The position numbers were made by a program, and so were the translations under genes. A stretch of DNA of 27,574 nt from a virus. Its lineage: Duplodnaviria; Caudoviricetes. Positions 7,410 through 16,924 of the stretch are shown here, piece by piece. Every line of letters begins with the position of its first letter. Within the stretch, counting starts at the first letter, position 1. Where the stretch lies: positions 1 to 27,574 of IMG/VR virus record IMGVR_UViG_3300042567_001104. One strand, 5' to 3'. The notes under the pieces were generated by a model, which made no database searches, was not told the origin of the DNA, and was given only the letters and a program-made list of their open reading frames with translations.

Positions 7410-10343
7410 ATGGCTAGAAAGATTTTATTTGAAACAGGTTATACATTTGACCCAGCAACAAGAACAGTGGTTATCCCAGATCATATTCCAAGGGAAAGAC
7501 TCATTCTTATTACTAATGTCACTACCAATCAGGTCATCTATAACTTTTCTGATCCTAGCCTAAAAGCAACATCCTATACAGCACAAATTGATTCTAGCAA
7601 CGTAGCCACAACTACACTTGTACTTAACTTTAATACTTCTGCAATGTCTTCAACAGATAAGCTTCAAATTACTGTAGATGAATATGCAGAAAGCTTCCAG
7701 CCAGATGAGTCCTTTATGGATCCTGTTGGAAAAATGCGTGTATCGCTACCACAATCCCTTATTGACACAGATTTTGAATATGGAACTCAGCCTACAAAAT
7801 GGGAAGTTTTATCACTAACAAATAATAAGCCAAGTTGCTACTATGATGTTCAATCCCCAGTTGCACAGCCATCTGGTGGAGCAAGAAATTTTGTATCTAT
7901 TGCAGGAACAGGATCAACAAGAGTTGTAACTGTTGTTACAAATAATGCACACGGACTTGTTGTTGGAGATAAGTTCTTTATTCAAGACACCTTAGATGTA
8001 AATGCTGATGGATGGTATCTAGTAGCGTCTGTAACAACAACAACCGTTCCAAACGATACCTTTACCTATCTTGCTAGAGCAAATGTTACAAACGGTTCAG
8101 TGCTTGATACTACAAAAACTTTTGCCTATAAAGCATTTAACTATTCAGGGTCTAATATTCCTGTATCTGTATCTTCAGGTGCAGCATTTACCAACTCTGG
8201 TACTACAGTAACATGTACTACAACGAATGCACATGGACTAGGCTGTGGAGATTTAATTTATGTCACTGGAACTACTGCAGCAACTTCTAATCCACCAAAT
8301 GGTGCGTGGGAAGTTAAGACAACTCCAACTACAAATACATTTACTTTTGATGTAGTAACTGCTCCAGTTGGTGCAATTACTGCAGTAGCAACCTCGCTTA
8401 CAGGAAGACCAGGAAGTCTTTCTATTCACCGCCCATTCGATGGTGGAGTTAGGTTTACAACTGGATCTTCAGCACCTGGTGCAAAGATTGTTCGTCAAAC
8501 TCGCAGATACTTCCGTTATCAATCAGGTAAGGGTATACAGTTCTCTACTGGATCAATGATGAAGCCTGTAATGGCAGTTGATTTAATATCTTCTTCTTCA
8601 ACTACTGTAACTGTTAAGACAAGATATGAGCATTTCCTTGGAATTGGTGCACAGGTAGTAGTCTCTGGTGCAGATCAAACAGCATACAATGGAACATTCA
8701 CTGTAACTGGAATTACTAGTGCTAAAGAATTTACATATACAGCAGGATCTGTTCCATCTGCAACACCTGCGACTGGATTCCCAATTGAAGTTGCTCCAAC
8801 CTCATGGTTTGGTGGTCAGACAAGACTTGGTATGTTTGATGAACAAAACGGATTTTTCTTTGAATTTGATGGTCAAGATCTATGGGCTGTAAGACGCTCA
8901 AGTACAGATCAAATTTCAGGAATTATTTCTGCAACAAGTGGATCTCCAACTATCACAGGAATAGATACAAGATTTGCAGAACAACTTAATCCAGGAGACA
9001 AGATTGTTATCCGTGGAGCAACATATGTTGTTCAGTCAATTACAAGTAACACTCAACTGTTTGTTTTCCCAGAATACCGTGGACAAACTATTACCTCTGG
9101 TGGTATCGTAAGTAAGGTTGTAGACTTTAAGGTAAAGCAAGACGACTGGAATATTGACACAATGGATGGAGCTGGTCCTTCAGGAGTAACTCTAGATCTT
9201 GCTAAAATGCAAATGTTCTACATTGATTACGCCTGGTATGGTGCAGGAGCAATTAGATTTGGATTTAAAGATGAGCGTGGAGAAGTAGTTTACTGTCATA
9301 GAATGACACATGCAAATGTTAAGACTGAAGCATATATGAGAACTGGTAACTTACCTGCACGTTATGAAGCATCTTCAGACCCTGCAACTACAAAACTCTC
9401 AGCAAGCCTTTCTGATTCTGCAACATCAATGAGCGTTAACTCAACCGTAGGCTTCCCAACTTCTGGTACACTTGTTGTTACAAAGCCTGGAAACACAGCA
9501 CAAGAAATTGAGTATTTAACTTATACAGGAAAAACTTCTACATCGTTTACTGGTCTTACAAGAGCTATCACAAACACAGTAGTTAATTCAGTTTCAGGTG
9601 CAACTGGTGGTGGAAATGGAACAGCTCAGTCGTTTACATATTCTGCTACAGCACCAGTAAAGGTTGAACTGTACACAAGACAGTATGCAACAGGAACCAG
9701 TCACTGGGGATCATCGGTGATTATGGATGGCAGATACGATGATGACAAGTCATTCATCTTCCAGGGTGGTATGACAACTACGGTTGCTGTTCCAAGAAAT
9801 GCAAATAGATATGCTTTGGTAAGTCTAAGACTTGCACCATCCGTAGATAATGGAGTTGTAGGTCTATTTGGAGAAAGAGAACTTATCAACAGAATGCAGT
9901 TAACTTTAAGACAAATGGATATTCTTGCTCAATCGGCAGCGACTGTAACAAATAGACCTGGTTTATTCCTTGTTGAGTTAATTCTTAACGGTAGAGTAAA
10001 TACTGTTACTGGTAACAACTGGACAAATGTTGGTGGATCTAGTTTATCCCAAATTTCATACCACGCAGCAAGTACAACAATTAGTGGTGGAGAGCCAATT
10101 TTCTCATTCTTTGTAAGTACAGTAACAAATGAAGCCTCTGTTGTACAACAGGACCTAAACCTTGTTAGAGATCTTGGAAATAGCATTATGGGTGGTGGCT
10201 TAGTTAATACTTCTCCAACTACAGAAGCAAATGTTTATCCAGATGGACCAGACATAGTTACTGTTTCTGTTAGAAATCTTAGTGCAGATAACACAACTGG
10301 ATCAGTAAATGCTAGACTGTCATGGACGGAAGCACAGGCTTAA
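7410..10343 (+). CDS. large virion structural protein with repeated beta domains
   Basis: 977 aa; three copies of T.T...H(G/F)L..G.......G...V....(T/E)FT(Y/F) repeats; T/S/G-rich; located in the tail block. Confidence 0.8.
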   Translation: MARKILFETGYTFDPATRTVVIPDHIPRERLILITNVTTNQVIYNFSDPSLKATSYTAQIDSSNVATTTLVLNFNTSAMSSTDKLQITVDEYAESFQPDESFMDPVGKMRVSLPQSLIDTDFEYGTQPTKWEVLSLTNNKPSCYYDVQSPVAQPSGGARNFVSIAGTGSTRVVTVVTNNAHGLVVGDKFFIQDTLDVNADGWYLVASVTTTTVPNDTFTYLARANVTNGSVLDTTKTFAYKAFNYSGSNIPVSVSSGAAFTNSGTTVTCTTTNAHGLGCGDLIYVTGTTAATSNPPNGAWEVKTTPTTNTFTFDVVTAPVGAITAVATSLTGRPGSLSIHRPFDGGVRFTTGSSAPGAKIVRQTRRYFRYQSGKGIQFSTGSMMKPVMAVDLISSSSTTVTVKTRYEHFLGIGAQVVVSGADQTAYNGTFTVTGITSAKEFTYTAGSVPSATPATGFPIEVAPTSWFGGQTRLGMFDEQNGFFFEFDGQDLWAVRRSSTDQISGIISATSGSPTITGIDTRFAEQLNPGDKIVIRGATYVVQSITSNTQLFVFPEYRGQTITSGGIVSKVVDFKVKQDDWNIDTMDGAGPSGVTLDLAKMQMFYIDYAWYGAGAIRFGFKDERGEVVYCHRMTHANVKTEAYMRTGNLPARYEASSDPATTKLSASLSDSATSMSVNSTVGFPTSGTLVVTKPGNTAQEIEYLTYTGKTSTSFTGLTRAITNTVVNSVSGATGGGNGTAQSFTYSATAPVKVELYTRQYATGTSHWGSSVIMDGRYDDDKSFIFQGGMTTTVAVPRNANRYALVSLRLAPSVDNGVVGLFGERELINRMQLTLRQMDILAQSAATVTNRPGLFLVELILNGRVNTVTGNNWTNVGGSSLSQISYHAASTTISGGEPIFSFFVSTVTNEASVVQQDLNLVRDLGNSIMGGGLVNTSPTTEANVYPDGPDIVTVSVRNLSADNTTGSVNARLSWTEAQA

Positions 10344-10356
10344 GGAGGCAAAATAA

Positions 10357-11235
10357 ATGGGGTTAAATAAATTAAACCACATATATTCTACTGAACCCTT
10401 AACGGTAGAGTCTTTACTTGCCACCAATGATATAGGCATTTTAGATAACATCTTATTAGATGGACAGCTTGGAGCTCCCAATCAGGTAATTAGTATAAAT
10501 CAGCAGGGAACTGGAATAGAATGGGCAGACGCAGTATCTGGAGTTTCCTTTACAACCTCTGGTGAACTTAGATCCCTCATCTCTGATGAAACTGGAACTG
10601 GATTGTTAGTATTTAATACCAATCCAACATTTATTCAATCTATTAACATTGGAGATTCTAGTGTTTCTACTCAATCACAATCTGTACAGATAGGTATTGG
10701 AAGAACTGGAAACGGATATGCCTATATTGATCTAGTAGGAGATACAACTTATGCAGATTATGGTGCAAGGTTTATTAGAAATAATAACGGTGCTAATGCA
10801 GACACTACAATAAATCATAGAGGTACGGGAAACCTACGCTTAATTGCTGAAGATGCTGGTGCTATTAATTTGGCAACATCTGGTACAAATAGATTAGTAA
10901 TATCATCTGCTGGAGACATAACATTTAAATCAGTAGTTAATACAGATGTTACAACTGGAACAACCTCTGCTACTTCAACATTTAATACAACAGCATATGC
11001 TTCTGCAGAGTTTATTGTTTATGCATCTACTTCTGCTGGAAATTATGTATCTAAAGTAATGATGCTTGCAAGAGGCTCTGCTACTCCAATCATTACTGAA
11101 TACGCTATTCTTACACAAGGAACTGCACCAGCAGTTACAATTACGCCATCTTATTCTGCACCAAATGCGGTGCTAACAGTAGCAGTAACATCTGGAACTA
11201 ACATTGAAATAGTTAAAACGGCGGTATCTGTTTAA
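10357..11235 (+). CDS. tail fibre-associated protein
   Basis: 292 aa, AAGGAGG SD; ISDETGTGLLVFNTNPT fibre motif; C-terminal domain similar to that of 3315..5573. Confidence 0.8.
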   Translation: MGLNKLNHIYSTEPLTVESLLATNDIGILDNILLDGQLGAPNQVISINQQGTGIEWADAVSGVSFTTSGELRSLISDETGTGLLVFNTNPTFIQSINIGDSSVSTQSQSVQIGIGRTGNGYAYIDLVGDTTYADYGARFIRNNNGANADTTINHRGTGNLRLIAEDAGAINLATSGTNRLVISSAGDITFKSVVNTDVTTGTTSATSTFNTTAYASAEFIVYASTSAGNYVSKVMMLARGSATPIITEYAILTQGTAPAVTITPSYSAPNAVLTVAVTSGTNIEIVKTAVSV

Positions 11236-12083
11236 TGGCTAATTTTGTATTACAAGAAAATTTAGATATTAAAAGTGCTGGAATAGCAGCTTCTGGAGCA
11301 AATATGCTTCCAAAAACTGGAGACATTATTCCTTTTGCAGGTAATACCCCATTGACAACTGCTACTGGAACTATTGCAACAAACACTATAGTTGTTGCAT
11401 CAGCAACTGGAGCATTTATTGGTCAAGGAATATATGGAACAGGATTAAATAATCCAGGAACAGGATTAAACTATATTACTGGAGTTTCTGGTACAACAAT
11501 AACTGTTGCCTTTCCATTGACACAATCAATTACTTCAGGTAGCGTTAGATTTTGTCCAGCTGGATGGTTACTTTGTGATGGAAATAATGGCACTCCAAAT
11601 TTAACTGGAAGATATCTTGCAGGAGCAACTAGCAGTGCGACTATAGGTACATTGTTTGGAAGCCTGACTCATACTCATACCTACTCAACAAATACTTTTA
11701 CAACAAGTGGAGTTACAGGAAGTCATAGTGCTGTAGACACTGGTGTAGCTGCAGGAGGAGGAGTTTCTCATGACCATACTAAAAATGCAATAGCAGTTAA
11801 TACAACTAATGCATCCAGCAACCTTCTTGCAAACAGCACAAGTGCTGGAGGACCAATTCAATTTAATGATAGACCTCATTCGCATAATGCTAATAATGGC
11901 TCAGTTAACTTTAATGCAATTTCATCTGAAAACCATAATCATGGAGCCCCTGGTCTAGCAAGTTCAAATAGTACTACAACTCATGCAACTGCACATGGTG
12001 TAACTGCTGTTCCTGCTGGAAATGCAGCAGCAGGTGACAATAAGGTTCCCTTTATTCTAATGAATTATATAGTAAAGGTATAA
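11235..12083 (+). CDS. tail collar domain protein 1 (short-fibre-like, HxH repeats)
   Basis: TGDIIPFAG...PAGWLLCDG...TPNLTGRYLAG; HxH motifs; P...MNYIVK C-terminus. Confidence 0.85.
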   Translation: MANFVLQENLDIKSAGIAASGANMLPKTGDIIPFAGNTPLTTATGTIATNTIVVASATGAFIGQGIYGTGLNNPGTGLNYITGVSGTTITVAFPLTQSITSGSVRFCPAGWLLCDGNNGTPNLTGRYLAGATSSATIGTLFGSLTHTHTYSTNTFTTSGVTGSHSAVDTGVAAGGGVSHDHTKNAIAVNTTNASSNLLANSTSAGGPIQFNDRPHSHNANNGSVNFNAISSENHNHGAPGLASSNSTTTHATAHGVTAVPAGNAAAGDNKVPFILMNYIVKV

Positions 12084-12090
12084 TATAGAT

Positions 12091-12849
12091 ATGGCAAATT
12101 TAAAAATAGACTCAGATGCAGCACTAGATAAAGATGGCTTTACTCAGTCCTATCCAGTAGGAACTATTATTATGAGGACTGATTCAACTGTTGCTAGTGG
12201 ATGGCTACTGTGTGACGGTAGATATGTTAATACTGCAGACTATCCAGAACTAGATTCAGTTGTTGGCACAGCATATGGTGCACGAGTTGGAGCAACATTT
12301 AGATTGCCACCACTTGTTGTTAATGCTACAAATAATCCATTAAAAAGAATACCTTTTTCAACATTAAGTTCAGAGGTAGCACAGCCAACAAACTTTTTTC
12401 ATACTCATACTTTAGGAATAAACGCAACAAGTTTTTCATCAGCTAATACTGGTGGACATTCACATGCAGCAAACAGCTCAACCACTGTTGCTGAATCACC
12501 AGCCCATAATCATGCTGCTAGTACTGGTCCAATTACAACAACCAGTAATGCTGGTGGCTCAGAGAACACAAGAATTGCTGGTCCACTTGGTCCATACGCT
12601 TCTGGCAATGCAGGTCAAACTGGACATAGCCATGCAACTGGAACTGCCTGGAGTACAGGAACTTTAGGAGCTTCTTTATCCCACTCTCATACAGTTAACT
12701 TTCACAATGCTACAAATTTAAATCATGCTCACAATCACGCAACTAATATTGCAAGCTCAACTCATGTTGTTTCTGCAGGGGAATCTGCAACTCCAACTGT
12801 TGGAATGTATCCTCCAAGTATGGAGGTGTATTTCCTTATAAAAACTTAA
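12091..12849 (+). CDS. tail collar domain protein 2
   Basis: PVGTIIM...GWLLCDG...YPELDSVVGTAYG...FRLP; six HxH; PPSMEVYFLIKT. Confidence 0.9.
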   Translation: MANLKIDSDAALDKDGFTQSYPVGTIIMRTDSTVASGWLLCDGRYVNTADYPELDSVVGTAYGARVGATFRLPPLVVNATNNPLKRIPFSTLSSEVAQPTNFFHTHTLGINATSFSSANTGGHSHAANSSTTVAESPAHNHAASTGPITTTSNAGGSENTRIAGPLGPYASGNAGQTGHSHATGTAWSTGTLGASLSHSHTVNFHNATNLNHAHNHATNIASSTHVVSAGESATPTVGMYPPSMEVYFLIKT

Positions 12850-12859
12850 GGTTATTACT

Positions 12860-13636
12860 ATGGCATACTTTGAATCAGATAAAATAGACTCTACTTCTCT
12901 TTACTCCTATGTTCCAACTGGAGGAATAGTTACACTCGCTGCACCATTTTCAAAGTACTCTGATGCAACTTATCTTAGTATAGGTCTTATACCATGCGAT
13001 GGTAGAGTTTTAAATGCATCTACAAGTCCTCAGTATGCTAATTTGTTTTCAGCAATTGGTATTTTATATGGAGGAACTGGAATTACATCTTTTAACGTTC
13101 CAAGTCTTGCAACTTCTAAGGTTGCCATAGCTGGAACATCTGCTACTTTTCATAACGTAAATACTGTAGGAACAAGAGTAACAAGCATCGGTCATGATCA
13201 TACCATTACAGCAACAAATAATAGTTTTACTTTAAATAATCAAAACGTAACTCATGATCATACTGTTACTTGGAATAGTGTTGGAAATAATGCAACGGAT
13301 ACTAGTCATACTCATACTTTTGAATCTGGATCAGTTGGGGAAATTGGTCCAAATGTTAATAAAAATGGTTCAGCTGGAGTATCAGGTGGCGGATTAAATG
13401 GAAACCATACACATAATACAGATATTACCTCGGCAAACTCACTTACTGGAGGCTCAACTGCTGCCCATAGCCATACTCCTGCTTCTGCTTTATCACTAGG
13501 TATGGGAGCTAACACAGCTACCCTACATTCACATGCAGCTAGCTTAACAACCGCAACTACAACCAGCATAACCAATTATGTTTCTACAGATGTTGGCATT
13601 CCTTATGCGAATGTGCTATACTTTATAAAAGCCTAA
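12860..13636 (+). CDS. tail collar domain protein 3
   Basis: PTGGIV...IPCDG...YANLFSAIGILYGG...FNVPSL; six HxH; PYANVLYFIKA. Confidence 0.9.
   Translation: MAYFESDKIDSTSLYSYVPTGGIVTLAAPFSKYSDATYLSIGLIPCDGRVLNASTSPQYANLFSAIGILYGGTGITSFNVPSLATSKVAIAGTSATFHNVNTVGTRVTSIGHDHTITATNNSFTLNNQNVTHDHTVTWNSVGNNATDTSHTHTFESGSVGEIGPNVNKNGSAGVSGGGLNGNHTHNTDITSANSLTGGSTAAHSHTPASALSLGMGANTATLHSHAASLTTATTTSITNYVSTDVGIPYANVLYFIKA
13593..13622 (+). promoter_or_regulatory. SigA-type promoter inside the end of collar gene 3
   Basis: TTGGCA-18nt-TATACT with TGn extension, upstream of ATG 13651. Confidence 0.5.
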
Positions 13637-13650
13637 AAAGAAAGAAATTC

Positions 13651-14361
13651 ATGAAGAAAAATATTATTAATTTTTATCCTTCAGCAAGCATGTACCAGGA
13701 TATTTTTGATGAACCAGTTTCTGCAAAAAATATTATTCCAGAATGGTATAAAAAACAAGATAGGTATTCTGGAGGACAAAAAATTATTTCTACAGAGGTT
13801 GGAACGTTTAATACTACCATCAAGGCGTGTATGCCTATATTCGATCTAATTTCAGCTGGCTACATAATTAAAACACCAGCAGACATTTATGTTTCAAAAA
13901 ATGAAGATGGATCTCTAAATTTTGCTTGGGGAATTAATAACTTTACATGCATTGAGAGTCATCCAGCACATCAATATGATCAATTTACCATTCCAAAAGA
14001 ATTCTATCCTTTAGGATATAAATTCATAAATACTTGGATAACAAAAACGCCAAAAGGATATTCTTCAATATTTATTAGTCCAATTTTAAGAGATGACCTA
14101 CCTTTTGAATGCTTACCAGCAATTGTAGACACAGACAAGCACCCCATACCAGTAAATTTTCCATTCTTTATAAGAAAAGATTTTGAAGGACTGATTCCAG
14201 CTGGAACGCCAATGATTCAAATTATTCCATTTAAAAGAGAATCTTGGAAAATTAAAATTAATAAGTATAACAGCTTGTTTGATAGTATTTGGAAAAAAGC
14301 AGAAAGAAAAATTCAAAATAGATATAAGGATAATTTTAGATCATTAAAGGATTGGAGTTAA
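13651..14361 (+). CDS. uncharacterised protein, paralog 1 (degenerate dUTPase-like fold)
   Basis: Shares IP.W, K.C....D....GYI, F.N.W...TP.GYS, DTDK and FEG....GTP.....PFKR..W with 15000 and 15743. Confidence 0.75.
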   Translation: MKKNIINFYPSASMYQDIFDEPVSAKNIIPEWYKKQDRYSGGQKIISTEVGTFNTTIKACMPIFDLISAGYIIKTPADIYVSKNEDGSLNFAWGINNFTCIESHPAHQYDQFTIPKEFYPLGYKFINTWITKTPKGYSSIFISPILRDDLPFECLPAIVDTDKHPIPVNFPFFIRKDFEGLIPAGTPMIQIIPFKRESWKIKINKYNSLFDSIWKKAERKIQNRYKDNFRSLKDWS

Positions 14362-14362
14362 A

Positions 14363-14998
14363 ATGACAGTTTTACCAGAACACGACCATACACATAAAGA
14401 TGCAGAAAACCATGAGCATATTGGAAAGTTTAGCTATAGGCACACACATGTTTTAGATCCTGAAAATAGGATACATGATCACGAAAAGTTTCATCAAACA
14501 AATATAGAAAAGTATTTAGATGAAGTTCTTTCTCATGAAAAAGAAGCAATTTGGAAAGACTTAAATTACGATAAAGCAAAAGAGTTACTAGCCAATAAAG
14601 AAATTAATGGGCTTACAGAAGATCAGGTAAGAGCATTAATAGTATATTCTACTTTTACCTATTGTGTAAACAACATGGTAGAGCCTGAGATGATGTATAT
14701 TTGTGAGTTAGCCGTATCAGAATTAAAACGGGCAGGGTCTGCTGAGCCAGTGTCAAACATGTTTATAAACTCTTTATTTAATTTTAGAAATATTTATAGA
14801 CCAATTTATGACTTATTAGATATTAGATACGGAAATAGAATTGATGATCCAGATAGAAATTCTGATCAGTATAGGTTGGGAGTAATAGACGCTATACTTA
14901 CTTTAAGAAAATATGAACGATCTACTGGTTTTGGATGGGAAGACCCTTATCCAAGAACAAATTTAGCTGTTTCAGATCAACTAGAACTAGAGTTATAG
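14363..14998 (+). CDS. hypothetical protein with His-rich N-terminus
   Basis: 211 aa; HDHTHKDAENHEH...HTH...HDHEKFH; GGAG SD. Confidence 0.75.
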   Translation: MTVLPEHDHTHKDAENHEHIGKFSYRHTHVLDPENRIHDHEKFHQTNIEKYLDEVLSHEKEAIWKDLNYDKAKELLANKEINGLTEDQVRALIVYSTFTYCVNNMVEPEMMYICELAVSELKRAGSAEPVSNMFINSLFNFRNIYRPIYDLLDIRYGNRIDDPDRNSDQYRLGVIDAILTLRKYERSTGFGWEDPYPRTNLAVSDQLELEL

Positions 14999-14999
14999 A

Positions 15000-15743
15000 A
15001 TGTTTAACAAAAAAACAAAAATAGAGTTTGTTGCAAGGTCTCCATATTTTGAAAAAGTAGCACCAAAACCATATCCTGCAAAACATTACCTTCCAAAATG
15101 GTATAAGGAAATGCCCTCATACAATGAAGTTGAAGATGGCAAAAGAATGCTAACGGTAAGATACGGAGCTAGTAGTGTAACCCCAAAAATGTGTACCCCT
15201 ATGTATGATACTTTTACCACTGGATATATTATCCCACTGTGGGCTGATGTAGAGGTAAGACAAATAAATAATCAACCACACTTGTTTTGGAGAACAAAAT
15301 CAACCCCGTTTGAAATGCATGGAGGATGGGGTAGTGGTGGAAATGATGGAGTTACTGGTCTAACAACTCCAGATGGATATAGTCCATTTGTTTTTAAGTG
15401 GATGAATGGTTGGGACTTTAGAACACCAAAAGGATATTCCTGTTTAGTAACTGATCCTTATGCAAACGAAAATAGTCCGTTTAAAGCAATTGGTGCAGTA
15501 TTAGATACAGATAAATTAACTCTTTCAATCTTACCGCCATTTTGGATAAAGGAAGGTTTTGAAGGAATTGTTGAAAAAGGTACACCAATGGTTCAAGTTA
15601 TTCCATTTAAAAGAGATTCTTGGGAATCAGAATATAGTTCTTTAAAGGATGGCGAATACAGTATAATGGAAGAAGTTGCATTTAACTCACATATAAAAAA
15701 TCACTATAAAAGATTTGTTTGGACAAAAAAGGAATTTAAGTAA
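15000..15743 (+). CDS. uncharacterised protein, paralog 2 (degenerate dUTPase-like fold)
   Basis: KMCTPMYD, FMNGW-like segment WMNGWDFRTPKGYS, GAVLDTDK, KGTPMVQVIPFKRDSW. Confidence 0.75.
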   Translation: MFNKKTKIEFVARSPYFEKVAPKPYPAKHYLPKWYKEMPSYNEVEDGKRMLTVRYGASSVTPKMCTPMYDTFTTGYIIPLWADVEVRQINNQPHLFWRTKSTPFEMHGGWGSGGNDGVTGLTTPDGYSPFVFKWMNGWDFRTPKGYSCLVTDPYANENSPFKAIGAVLDTDKLTLSILPPFWIKEGFEGIVEKGTPMVQVIPFKRDSWESEYSSLKDGEYSIMEEVAFNSHIKNHYKRFVWTKKEFK

Positions 15744-16477
15744 TGGCTAAAAAAATTAAATTTATTGCAGTAAATGAATGGGCTTGGGATTTAGCAGATA
15801 AACCATATCCTGCAAAAAATAATATTCCAAAATGGTGGAGAGATATGCCTCCATACATAAAAAACGAAGAAAATCCCACTGGGAAAAAATTTATTTTAAA
15901 TAATCTTAGAAATAATTTGTCTCCAAAAAAATGTGTGTCTCTGCTAGATTCAATAACAGAAGGATATATTATTCCGCTATGGGCAGATGTTCAGGTTACA
16001 AATCGTCCAACAGAAGATGGAGAATATAATCCAATATTTACTTGGAAAACAACCAGGGAAGTGCTTGAGTACAACATTGATGGGGATAATCACTTAAAAG
16101 CTCCAGATGGATACAATAAGCATGTGTTTAAGTTCATAAACATGTGGTGCATTAGAACACCTCCAGGATATTCTACAAGAATCTCTTCGGCAATTGGACA
16201 CAATGACTTACCCTTTAAGCCATTTGATGCGGTTGTAGATACCGATAAATATGATGCTGCTCTTCCAATACCTTTTCACTTAAAGGAAGGCTTTGAGGGG
16301 TTATTAAAACGTGGTACACCAATTGTTAAAGTTACTCCATTTAAAAGAGAAGACTGGAAAGCAGAATTTGATTATTATCCTGGAGATGTGCACAGTCGAA
16401 AACAGGAGTCTTGGCTAAGGCTCACCTCCTTTGGAAACTATGTAAAAAATCAATGGTCTAAAAAAAATTACGATTAA
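15743..16477 (+). CDS. uncharacterised protein, paralog 3 (degenerate dUTPase-like fold)
   Basis: KKCVSLLD, FINMWCIRTPPGYS, AVVDTDKY, RGTPIVKVTPFKREDW. Confidence 0.75.
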   Translation: MAKKIKFIAVNEWAWDLADKPYPAKNNIPKWWRDMPPYIKNEENPTGKKFILNNLRNNLSPKKCVSLLDSITEGYIIPLWADVQVTNRPTEDGEYNPIFTWKTTREVLEYNIDGDNHLKAPDGYNKHVFKFINMWCIRTPPGYSTRISSAIGHNDLPFKPFDAVVDTDKYDAALPIPFHLKEGFEGLLKRGTPIVKVTPFKREDWKAEFDYYPGDVHSRKQESWLRLTSFGNYVKNQWSKKNYD

Positions 16478-16480
16478 ACC

Positions 16481-16509
16481 TTGACAATGACAGTAACAAT
16501 TGATATAAT
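16481..16509 (+). promoter_or_regulatory. consensus SigA/sigma70 promoter
   Basis: TTGACA-17nt-TATAAT with TGn extension. Confidence 0.9.
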
Positions 16510-16536
16510 AGAAGTCCGTACAAATAAAGGAAAGTT

Positions 16537-16905
16537 ATGAAGATTTTAGTTTATGGCACAGAGTCGTTTGAAGACTATGGCACCTTCATGAGAGGCATGG
16601 CAGTGGCACTTCAAAGTACAGTTGGGGCTGCAGATAATAGAATTGACATCCTTACTGCTGGTCCACATAAGATTAATAACTTTACTGCTGAGTTTGTAAA
16701 TAGAAGTGAAGATTTAATTAAACAAAACAAAATGAAGATTAAGTTTAATAGGGTTAGTTTTAGAGAAGTTTTATCTAATTTTGAAACATATGACTTAGAC
16801 TACGTTATTTCTTTCAATACAAAAAATGATCGTGATAAGTTTTTTGATCCAATTATAAGCAAGGCTGAGCAACACAATGTTGAAGCAGCATTTTACAGAT
16901 ACTAG
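16537..16905 (+). CDS. SLOG/YspA-like protein (divergent)
   Basis: N-terminal MKILVYGTESFEDY resembles the YspA-type SLOG start (GSR.F.DY); AAGGA SD. Confidence 0.5.
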   Translation: MKILVYGTESFEDYGTFMRGMAVALQSTVGAADNRIDILTAGPHKINNFTAEFVNRSEDLIKQNKMKIKFNRVSFREVLSNFETYDLDYVISFNTKNDRDKFFDPIISKAEQHNVEAAFYRY

Positions 16906-16924
16906 AAGTATTAGGAAAATATAA

